From assembly GCF_002571385.2 (NCBI RefSeq), contig NW_019218093.1:111296-175295 (forward strand): 64,000 nt of DNA. Direction: 5' to 3'. Positions within the stretch are counted from its first letter, which is position 1. Each line of letters opens with the position of its first letter. The position numbers were made by a program, and so were the translations under genes. Under the pieces are notes generated by a model, which searched no databases, was not told where the DNA came from, and worked only from the letters and a program-made list of their open reading frames with translations. This DNA comes from Stylophora pistillata (lineage: Eukaryota). This document shows positions 13,023-24,700 of the stretch, piece after piece.

Positions 13023-16000
13023 GAAGTAGTGTTGAATTACCTCGGTTACTCCAACACCGTCAAAACAGTTTGTCCCTCAAAACCGATTGGCTTTCGTTAT
13101 CAAAACGTCCCTGGGACTCCATACCTTTCGTTAACCCCACATAAATCTACAAAATCATGCCATCAGAGTTCGCTGTGCACACCATTTTCGATGCTACATT
13201 GATACAGCGTTCGATTGAATTCACTCATTAGAACGTGTTTACCGCGTCGTCTGAATGATTAACAAACACGATGAAACGAAATAAATATGTTCCCTCAAAC
13301 TTCCGGTGAAAGAGCGATGTTGCATGACTTCCGCTTTGCAGACTCACGCGATTGTTTCGGATCGAAACCGTTTACATTATCATTACACTTTAATAAAAGC
13401 TGCAAAAATTGCATGAAGCCGTGCTATACAACAGATATATTCAAACAATCTCAAATCCTTACAATTTTATGGCGGCTATGACCTTAAACGCAAGCTTTCC
13501 AAAATTTATGAAAAATCTGCGACGTGGACAAAATCACGTCAAAATCACAAAATTAACGACCACTCTAGGCCAAACGAAAAACGGCGCCTAATGGTCAAAA
13601 TCCCAAAACTGCCCCTAGTGACCAAAATCGCAAAATGGCCAGTAATGGTCAAAATCACAAAACAGCCACTAGTGGCCAGAATGGCAAAACCGCCATTAGT
13701 GGCGGGCCAAATTTGAAAAACGGCCACTAGTGGTCAAAATCGCAAAATAGCCACTAGTGGCCAAAATAGCAAAACGGCCAGTAGTGGCCAAAATGGCAAC
13801 ACGGCCACTGGTGGCCAAAATGGCAAATCGGCCACTAGTGGCTAAAATCGCAAGACAGCCCCCACTAGTGGCCAAAATAGCAAAACGGCCACAAGTAGCC
13901 AAAACGGCAACCGCCTACCAGTGGCCAAAATGGCAACACGGCCGGTAGTGGCCAAAATGGAAAAACAGCCTCTGGTGGCCAAAATGGAACATCGGCCACT
14001 AGTAACAACAATTGGAAATCGGTACAAGTGGCCAAAAACGGAAAACGACCACTAGTGGCAAAAATGGCAAATCGCCCACTAGTGGCCAAAACGGCAAAAT
14101 GGCCACTAGTGACCAAAATGGCAAATCGGCCATCAGTGGCCAAAGTGGCAAATCGGCCACTAGTGGCCAAAACTGGAAATTGGCCAGTAGCTGCCAAAAT
14201 TGCAAAAAGCCACTAGTGGCCAAAATTAGAAAACGGCCACGAGCGGCCAAAATTAGAAAGCGGCCACTAGTGGCCAAAATCGCAAATCTGCCACTAATGG
14301 CCAAAATCGAAAAACGGCCATTAGTGGTGAAAGTCGCAAAACAGCCACTAGTGGTCAAAATGGCAAATCGGCCCCTAGTGGCGAAAATTGGAAATCGGCC
14401 ACTAGTGGCAAAAATTGCAAAATGGCTACTTGTGGCCAAAATCGCAAAACGGCTACTAGTGGCCAAAATAGCAAAACGGCCTGAAGCGGCCAAAACGGAA
14501 AAACGGCCATTGGTAGCTGAAATGACAAAGTGGTTACTAGTGACCAAAATGGGAAATCGGCCACTAGTGGCAAGAATTGCTAATCGGCCACTAGTGGCTA
14601 AAATCACAAAATGGCCACTAGTGGCGAAAATTGCAAAACGGCCACTACTAACCAAAAGAGGAGAACGGCAACTAGTAGCCAAAATGGCAAATCGGCTACT
14701 AGTGGCCAAAATTGCAAAACGGCCACTAGTGGTTAAAATCAAAACACAGCCATATGCAAGTGGCAAAAATGGCAAATCGCTACTAGTGGCCAAAATTGCA
14801 AAAACGGCGACTATTGACCAAAATAGGAGAAAGGAAACTAGTAGTCAAAATGGCAAATCGGCTAGTAGTGGCCAAAATGCAAAACGGCCACCAGTGGTCA
14901 AAATAAGAACACAGCCACAAGTGGCCAAAATGGCAAATATGCCACTGGTGGCCAAATGGCAAAACGGCTACTAGTGGCCAAAATGGCAAAACGGCTCCTA
15001 GAGGCCCAAATTTTAAAATGGCCACTAGTGGTCAAAATCACAACACGGCCACTAGTTGCCAAAATAGCAACACGGCCACTTGTGGCCAAAATTGCAAATT
15101 GGCCACTAGTGGCCAAAATAGAAAAAGGGCTATTTTGCAAAACTTCTTGCAAAACGGCCACTAGTGGCCAAAATAGTGAAACGGCCACTCTTGGCCAAAA
15201 TTGCAAATCGGCTACTAGTGGCGAAAATTAAAACAACGGCCAGTAGTGGCTAAAATTGTAAATTGGCCACTAATGGCCAAAATCGCAAAACGGCCAGTAT
15301 TGGCCAAAATGGCAAAACGCTCACTGATGGCCAAAATCACAAAACGGCCACTAGTGGCCAAAATGGCAAATTTCACGCGAGTGGGCAAAATTGCAAAACG
15401 GCCGCTAGTAGTCAAAATGGTAAATTGACCACTAGTGGCCAAAATCGTAAAACGGCCACTAGTGGCCAAAATTGGAAAACGCTCGCTAGTTGTCAAAATC
15501 ACAAAACCGTCACTAGTGGCCAAAATCGGAAATCGGTCACTTGTGACCACAATGGCAAAACGGCTGCTAGTAGCCAAACTGGCAAAACGGCCACCAGTGG
15601 TCAAAATGGCAAATCGGCCACTAGTGGCGAAAAATTGCAAATCGGCCACTAAAGGCTAAAATCGCAAAATGACCACTAGCGGCCAAAATTGCAAAACGGC
15701 CACTGGTGGCCAAAATGAGAAAACGGCCACTAGTGGCAAAATAGCAAAAATAGCCACTTGTGACTAAATTGAGAAAACGGCCGCTAGTAGCCAAAACGGC
15801 AAAACGGCCACCAGTGGCCAAAATGGCTAAACGGCCACTAGTTCCGAAAACGGCAAATCGGCCACTAGTGGCGAAAATGGAAAAACGGCCACTTGTGGCT
15901 AAAATCACAAAACGTCCACTACTGGCTAAAATGGAAAAATGACTACTAGTGGCCAAAATTAATGGCAAGACGGTCACTAGGGGCCAAAATGGCAAATCGC

Positions 16001-17055
16001 CTACTAGTGGCAAAAATTGCAAAGCGGCCATTAGTCGGAAGATGGCCACTGGTGGCCAAAATCGCAAAACGGCCACAAGTGGCCAAAATTACAAAACGGC
16101 TACTAGTGACCAAAATGGGAAAACGGCCAATAGTGGCGAAAATGTCAAAACGGCTGCTAGTGGCCAGAATGGCAAAACGGCCACTAGTGGCCAAAATGGG
16201 AAATTGGCTACTAGTGGCGAAAAATTGCAAATTTGGCCACTGGTGGCTAAAATCGCAAAACGGCCACTAGTGGCCAAAATCGCAAACGGCCACTAGTGGC
16301 CAAAATAGCAAAACGGCCACTAGTGGCCAAATGGGCAAAACGGCCACTAGTGGCCAAAATGACAAACGGCCACTAGTGGCCGAAATGGCAAATCTGCCAA
16401 TGGTGGTCAAAATAGCAAAACGGCCACTACTGTGCAAAACGACAAAATGGCCGCTAGGAGTCAAAATGGCAAACGGGCATTAATGGCCAAAAACGAAAAA
16501 CGGCCAGTAGTGGCTAAAATGGGAGAACGCTAGTAGCCAAAATCGCAAATCGGCCGCTGGTGGCCAAAATGGCAAATTGGCCACTAGTGGCCAAAATTTG
16601 AAAACGGCCTCTTGTGGGTAAAATCGCAAATCGGTGACTAGTGGCCAAAATTATAAAAGGGCCAGTAGCGGCCAAAATCACAAAACGGCCACTAGTGGCC
16701 GAAATTGCAAAATGGCCACTTGTGGCCAAACATTGCAAAACGGCAACTAGTGGCCAAAATCGCGAAAGGACCATTAGTGGTCAAAATCGCAAAACGGCAA
16801 CTAGCGGCCAGAAATGCAAATCGGCCATTTGTGGCCAAGATCGCCAATCGGCCACTATTGGCCAAAATCACAAAACTGGCCCCAGTGTCCAAAGTGGGAA
16901 ATTGGCAACAAGAGGATCAAATTCCTCAGATAAGATTCTCAGATAAAAACAATAAGTAGCGTCAGTAAACATCGGGTCAAAATTGGGTCAAGATCGGAAT
17001 TCACCTGTTATACTTACTCACTCACTCATCTCGTAGTTGCTTCGGCAGTAACCAC
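13023..17055 (-). mobile_element. Putative Helentron/DINE-1(HINE)-like non-autonomous element carrying the satellite
   Basis: Order on the minus strand: T-run, short imperfect hairpin (17033-17055), (GAGT)n microsatellite (~17015-17029), tandem array, ~500-bp unique body, stem-loop GTGTTG...CAACAC (13029-13057), T-run. GGTTACT (13044) and AGTAACC (17047) are inverted subterminal matches. Confidence 0.5.
13545..16920. repeat. 27-bp minisatellite, ~125 copies, consensus AAAAC-GGCCACTAGTGGCC-AAAAT(C/G)GC
   Basis: Tandem periodicity is directly visible, with a 14-bp perfect palindromic core. Edge copies are more degenerate. The array explains the many 9-aa-periodic ORFs (KRPLVAKIA / ATSGRFAIL). 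Confidence 0.97.
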
Positions 17056-18737
17056 AAAAACGAAAACAAAAACGAAAAACAACCATAACAATAACAGCAA
17101 TAGCAAAACGTACTCGAATAATTTTTCTTTTCAATAATTCGCATCCTGACCTCTTGATATGCTTTTACATTACTTTTGAGAAATGCAATTTTATCGAATT
17201 TAATCGTACTTTTTTCCTACTGTTACTCCACTCAGGCAGTTTATCATTTTTGATACTTTTTCTCTCCACGGGAATACAATAACATACTGCAATAAAGCAG
17301 GTGCTACTAAAAGAAGCTACTAAGGCGAGCAGGGGGTCAGACAGATTTATTTAGACTCGTATGAAAAATGTTACTAGAAAAAGATAGACGCACGCAACCG
17401 GGTTTGTTAACCTTAAACTTGGAAAAAAAGAAGAAAAAACCCTTTCAGGGAAATCGAGTGCACATTTTCTAAAGATTTGCGGGCCTGTCAGTCATTACTT
17501 CATACTGGTAAACCTTTCATGAAATTACATCCATTTTCTGCGTTTTCTTTCAAATCTGCAGGACCAAACTCAGCGAAATAATAAAAAGGAGAGAAACCAA
17601 ATAAAAAGGGGAAAATTTAAGGCTCGTAGAGGAAATTCTTTTTTCCGCTTTTGATCCCAGACATTCCATTTCAGATGATCATTTGATTTTGACTCTTACC
17701 TGGTGTTGTTTTCTCTGAAAAATCTCCACCGACGCTTCGGTCGAAATCAAAAAAGTAATCAACGAAAAGCTATTAGTACGATTTCTGAAGATAATTGTAT
17801 CAATTTTACCAAAATGATTACAAAACTACTGAGGCTTGGCTGTAAGAGTTTTTATCGATTTCAAAAAGAACTGAATTCTGATTGGACCAGGAAAACTATT
17901 TGCTGATTGCATGCCAGTTTCCCCAAATTTAATGGCACATCTTTTAATGGTTACGGCACATCCGAGGTTTGGCATAGTGAACTCCACCTTCGTAATATGT
18001 TTCCCTTTTTTTCTTTAAACATTGCTTCTCCTTGGTGTAAAACTTTCAAGGAACGAACAAGGATTACGAATAGCTGTCTCTAAAAAAGTTTAATGTTCAG
18101 TATATCAATCCTTTAGAATAACCCACAAGTCATTTAAATCTACTCAGCTAAAATCTGAAATTGTGATTGTTATGACGAACAGTTTGTGATAAAATTCAAT
18201 AAACAGACATGTAATCTCAAACTCGATGTGAAATGCGAAATGTTGACAATACGAATGAAATATATACAAAGCTAAACTGTGAGAATTTGAAAACTCTACA
18301 AATGGGAAACAGCCAAAGTGTATCCGTAAATTCAAATATACTTTAACTCGATCTGGACTTAACATGCAGTTCTTGTTGAGAAAATTACATTCCCCAAAGG
18401 TATCTTTAGGCGGATTTTCTTTAAGGACTGGTGTTCTCTCAGTTTATGCATCTAGACACTTATCTGACTCGGAATTCTTTAAGATTGGCGGATGGCTCGT
18501 ATTTAGTACTTAGCGATTGTTGTTATTCGATTTAACAATGGAACGCTACCTTTTCCATTGTACTGAAAACACTCGTCTAAGAACTTGTAAAAATTTCCCT
18601 AAAAACGAATCTACGACAAAATGTTCATTAACATGTCTCTATGTACAATATACTTTCTTCAAAACATTCTATACCCTACTCCTCTGCAATCTCTTAGATT
18701 AGGAATAACTTCTTTTTTCACAATCCGAGTTATCTGG

Positions 18738-21700
18738 TTATTCATCAAAAGCAAAAACGTCCCTTCCTTGTCTTGATATCTGAGGAATGGAATCTTCAGT
18801 GCCTTTTTGGTGTCTGCGCGATCTCAAAGTACGTCGGGAAGGAGTTATGGCTGATACAGGGGATGGTGATGCAAACGCATTGGCGTCATAAATCCACGTG
18901 GCTCTCCGACTTTTTCGAGAAGGAACCGGAAGTAACGATGGGTTGGAACTCTGCGAGCTGTTGATTGGACTAGCTCTCGGCGAGGTTCCAATTCTATAAA
19001 CGCCCTTCAACGGCTTTAAGGGTGGAAATTTCTCTCCGCTCTTTTCTTTCAAAGTACGTTGGGAAGGAGTTGAGGCTGACATAGGAGTCGAACACCTAAC
19101 TTGTCTACCTTTGAAGCCTGACGTTGCAGAGGGTGGTGACGCAAACGCATTGACGTCAGAAGTCCACGTGGCTCTCCGACTCTTTCGAGAAGGACCCGCG
19201 AGTGGTGACGGGAAGGAACTTGATGAGGTGTTGATTGGACGAACACTCGGAGAAGTTCGAATCGTGGAATTGCCCTTCAATGGCTTTAAGGGTGGAAATT
19301 TCTGTCCGTCCATCTCTTTTGCTGATGATTGCACATTGTGGTCATTTTGCTCCCTTACAGTTTGGGAATTCTCGTATTCTTTAAGAGAAAGTTCCATGAT
19401 CCGACGTAGCTTGACCCGTTCTTCAATAGTTTCGTACAAAGTGTATAGCGCTCCAGTTTTAACAGGGGTAACTGCTTTAGAGCACTCGGAGGAGCAATCT
19501 ACCTCCGCCCCTTCGTCTGATTTCCTACGCTTCGTTGGCCTCCCTAATTCTGGCTGAGGGTCTTCATATTTACGCTTTCGTCTCCAGTTACTGTAAGTGG
19601 ACGACGACACATAGTCCTCCACTTGCTCGGAGACTTCTGCCCGAAAATTCTCAAAATTAAGCTTCCGCGTCCAGCTGGAGATATTGAACGGCGAACTTAC
19701 TGCAGCGTCATCATCGTCATCTTCTCCATCAGTGCTGCCAGCCACTGCGTTGAACACATCGTCATTCTCATCAAAATCATCAGTACCTTCTTTGGAAATA
19801 ATGTCCACTACGGACGTTTTTACTGCACTTGGCCGTGGGTCAAGTACGTTGCTTCCGAGAATATCGACTGGAGTTGTTGACCTTCTCTCCTCCAGCACTC
19901 TCGCAGCTTCATTTTGTTTTATTTCAACATCTCCGTCAAAAGCTCCCTTCCTGGCACCTATTTTTTTGATCGATGGTTCCTCCTCCCTTCCAATATATTC
20001 CTCGACTTCCGCATCCTCGTCACTAGTTTTAACCTCCTCGACAGTGACATTCTTCTGAGAATCTGTTACAGTGGCTTCATCAGTACCATAGTTTATACTC
20101 TCCACAATGGAGTTAATCCTATAACTCAAACCTTCACATTCACCCTCAGATGAAAACGACCCAAAGAACTGCGGCACATCAAAGCCATTAAATTCTTCAT
20201 CCTCATCATCTGACTCAAACAATAGAGTAACACTAGATCGTTTCTCAGAATGTTTGACTGCAAAAGCTGCAGAATGGAAATCTTTTTTGATACGTGGGCT
20301 GCCTTCAAAGAGTTGAATTCCTGAATATTTACCAGTAACGCAGTTTTTAGCACTTTCCATGCATGCGGGTGACCCACGAACAGCAGTTACGGAAACATCT
20401 TCCAAAGATACAATTGTATCTGAAGAAAGAAAAGGATCTATTATTTCGTCGACGCTGTCTACAGCAAGCTTTTGCAAGTTTCTCACAGCTGTAAGCACTC
20501 CGCAGGCATGAGTGGACCCACGACGAGGACCACTAGAAGTGGCACTTAAATCGGCCTCAAATGAGAGGTCTTTCATTTGAAAGGCCTCTCCACGGCAAGG
20601 CCTAGTCTCTGGGTTTTTCATCTGTTCCTTTTCCTCTTTTTTCACCTTCTTCTTCGGTGTCCTGGTTTGGTGACTTTGTACCGAGTGAGATCTTTGTTTG
20701 AAACTTCTGGATTTTGATTTAACACTAGTATAGTCCGTGGAAACAGTTCTCCTCTTTCGATGACGATAACTCATGGGGTTGTCTGGGATTTTGTATTTTG
20801 ACCTGGTCCTGTAACATAGCTTAGAGTCACACTCATCTTGTTCTGCGTGTCTTCTAAAGATAAACCCTCTGCTTCTGGCTGAACTTTCATCTGAAAAGCC
20901 CGATTTATCTGAGCTTGCGGGAGAGGAACAGTGGTCCAGTGTTGGTGTACTGGAGAGATCATTTTCATCGTTGTCCGAAAAAACGTCCTCGGCAGGAGTT
21001 TCTTTCGATGACGTTTGTCCATTTGACATTTGAATACTCTCGGTGTCAGAATAACTTGAGTCTACATCTAGCAAAGGCCTCTTCCTGTCAACACACGACT
21101 TCTTACAATCAGACAACTTGACTACTACGTTTGAGGGATCTTTCAAGTCACGAAAAGAGCGCTTTGAGCTTTGATTTACTTCTATTTCTTCCGTAATTTC
21201 TCTAACTTCATTTTTCGAAATGAGAAGTTTTCTTTGTGGCTCAGAGTCTACATAGCTATTCCTCACGAGCTTCACGTCTGCAGCCGGTCTCAGAGAATCC
21301 GATGAAGGAGACGAATGGGTCGTTGCAGCTGGGGCGGACTTAACTCGTGATCGTGTGCATGTAACATCGCTATCCGTATTAGCTTTTGCTATCTCAGTAT
21401 TTTCTTGCTGATCAGTCAACATTTTTCCATTCTTTTTCGGCTTCTTAGTCAGAGTTTTATCGGAGGACCGTTTACCTTTTTCTGTTTTCCCCTCTTTCTT
21501 GTCTTCCCTTGTTTGTGACGATCCGGTACTTTTGGGCTGCATATTATCACCTTTCGAAGGGGAACGAAGACAGGACATTTTAGGACTTTCCATCTGGGTG
21601 TTATTTTGTATAGTTTCCGGCAAATGTTCTACATCCGGTTTTTCATCACCATGATTCCCTCTTGTAGCAGACCTCAAACATGGCCTCTTGGCACTTTCCA

Positions 21701-24700
21701 TTTCAATATTTTGCCCTGATTTTTTGAGAACACTAGCCTCACACGACTTAACAACATTGTCCCTTTCATAAAAATGTTTTGTAGGCATCTCCTCATGAGC
21801 AGATGTATGGTCCTTTTCATTGTGACATGATTTCTGATGATTTTCCATCGTTGCAGACCCTAAGTATGACCTTTTAATTCTTTCGATCTCAATGTCCTGC
21901 TCCGACTCTTGCAATACTTTTGTTTCAAGTGACGTCATTTGGATGTTTTGCATAGAAGTTTCACGGATAATGGCGGAATCCTTGTTGACGTGGTGGAGTT
22001 CAGAATGATTTTGCTCTACAAAGATTGTATCCTGCGTATTTCTGGGACTTTCGATTTCTACTGCGGGTTCTTTATCTTGAGTTAGTTCTTCATGAGATTC
22101 AACAATCAGCCCGTTTTCATCGCAACAATCGGATAACTTTCCTTTTCTAGCAGATCGAGTGTTCTTTGGTTTAAGACTTTCTCCTGAGGTGTTTGGTGGA
22201 CTATCCTGTTGCAAATTGCTTGCATGAGTCACAAGACGTTGAACACGATGCTTGTTCTCGAGGCTTTCAACTACAATGTTGTTTCTGGGTTGTTCATCCA
22301 CAGTTTGTTCAGTAGACTTGAAACTATCCTTTTTTAAAATGAAAGTTTCACAGAAATTTTCCTCTCTATCTTGTCGAAGATGTGTCCTCTCGGGACTTTT
22401 ATTTTGGAGCTCCAGTCCGGACTCACTCAATGAACCAGCTTTACACTTGACCTCGTCGACTTCATTTCCATCAGACTGTAATCTTCTAGGTCGAAGCTTC
22501 GTTTGGACAACGCTGTCTTTGTCATAACTCGCCATGTTAGAATGAAAAACACTCGACTTAGGTTGTTGGTTTTCTTTACAACTATTCTCGCCTGAAGATC
22601 CTTGTTCACAATTGCGCGTTTCCTCATCTGCATCATTATTCTCCACATTTTGGACGGGAGATATTCTTTGTCTTCTTGTGGAGTCGTCCCTCACAAGGTC
22701 TTCACGAGGTGATGGAGAAGACGCACATTTATCGCGTTTAGAACACGTTGCAGTAGAACGGAAAGAAGATGACCGTAATCTGGTATTGGGAACCCTTTCT
22801 GTAGCTGCCTTCAGACTTGTTTTCTCCGAGTTTATACGCTTTACTCTGACATACTCTGCCGTAAGTGCGGCTGCACCCGCTTTTAAGCTGCTCGTTTTGC
22901 TCCCAGAGTGTCCAGGACTGCTGCGCAATTCCCGCACTTCAGCCTCTTTGAACTTAAGAGAACCTTTACCGGTTCTCTGTCTCGATGTTCTTCTTGGAGT
23001 ATCATAATCAGTATACTTCCTCCCGGGGGAGGAAGTGGTGGTTGGTGTACAACAAGCAGGTCTCTCAGGGAAGGGGTTAGTGGGTGTTTGATAGCCTTCA
23101 TTTTCCATCAAACCTTGGTCTGGAGGGGTTTGATACACCGGAATCACTTCCTGGTTGTTTTGCTTCGATGGTGTTTTTTCTTCAGCTCGATCTGCGACGG
23201 ATTTTTGAGAACCGGGAATTTCAGTCCTAAATCAAGAGAACAGAGAAAAAGAGATAAATAAACTGCACTGTACTACACTATACCATATTACAGGTAACTG
23301 AACAAAAAATTTTAAAGCCATTGTATTCATCACTGTTCTGTGGTTAAAGTGCGATATTTCCCAAACGTTACAAGATAGGAGCATTGAAATTAATGATGGA
23401 AGTAGCTACGTTGAAACAAGCTATAGGAAATAACATGACCTAGTAGCTTTTACCAAACCCGTCTCACTTTCTCTTCAAACACACAAGTCTTGGAAAATGC
23501 CAATAGATTGAAGACATTTTGCTATACCTAAGAAACTTCCTGTAATCTTTTCACAAGTTTCCATTAGGACACTTAAGCCTCATTACAAAAAGATACAGTG
23601 GGCGTTCATTAATATCTGAACGATCTTCAGTTAAACTGTTTCTTCCTAGTGAATTTATTAGAGCTAATTTTCACCTGTTTTCCTCTTTCATCTCCTTCTT
23701 TTTTTGTTGATGTTTCAACAACACCTTCTCCAAGAATTCTTGCAAGCTTGGTCCTCTTTTGATGAGCTCATCCAGGCTTTTGTAGTTAGATGAGTCTCTC
23801 GCAAATGCCTGATGACGATCACTGTGAAGATGCTGAAGAGAAATTAATAAAAAAGGTTGTCTTACAAAGTTACTGTTAGAGAAACCTCTCTGCTGGAGTG
23901 TGTGGGAGACACAATGATAAGATAGACTCAGATAATATTGCATATTATTGTTTTGTATTGTTGAGAAAGACACTTTCCTCTCAGAGAAAAAAAGGTCTGT
24001 GTATATCGGGGAGATATATGCTTTAGTTTTAAATGGCTGGATTTTTTACCAATGTTCCACGAGAAAGCTATTCAAACTATTAATGACATGACTAAATGTA
24101 CTTACCATGTCTAGATCCTTATAATGAAGACAACAACACTCACAAAATCCTTTCTTCTTATTTTTGTCTTCATGGACACTTTTCCTGGAGAAAAGAAAAA
24201 ATTAAGTTATGATAACTTCCTCTTCATTGTACACACAGCAATAATTAACAATTTACAGTCAAAGTAAGTGAAGCGTACCCCTCAGGATTACATTAATGAT
24301 TTGATTATTTGAATATTGAACCCGTTAATCTTTTCAGGAGCGCAATAACGAATTGAATATTTGAACATGGAACCCGCTAACCGTTTTAAGAATGCAATGA
24401 TGGATTGGTTATTTGAATATTGAACCCGATAGCCGTATTTGTTTTGAAAAGGCGCGGATCATTGTTCAAATCAGAAGTCCATTTCTGATTGGATTAAGCG
24501 AACACGTGATGATGAAATGGAACTATTTCATCATGGCGTCAGACATGGCAGGAAAGGTGAGTTCGAGTGTTGTGTAGAACTTCTTGTAAATGAAATGTTG
24601 TGAATGGAATGTTATCGACAGCTTTTTTCGCCTATTTACATCTTGACGAACTTGTAGAAATTCTTGTGTGCATTCATGGTCGAAGAAAATAGTTTACGGG

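Noticed and set aside
13545-16920. CRISPR-like array of palindromic repeats
   Set aside because: The 13-bp linkers are homologous to each other rather than unique spacers, the repeats are degenerate, there are no cas genes, and the context is eukaryotic.
13696-16959. Dozens of ORFs with KRPLVAKIA / ATSGRFAIL / TSGQNGK repeats
   Set aside because: By-product of a 27-bp stop-poor unit. They are open on both strands with frequent frame breaks and no splice or start context.
19111-23261. Plus-strand ORFs overlapping the big DBF4 exon
   Set aside because: Antisense shadows of a long coding exon with no independent evidence.
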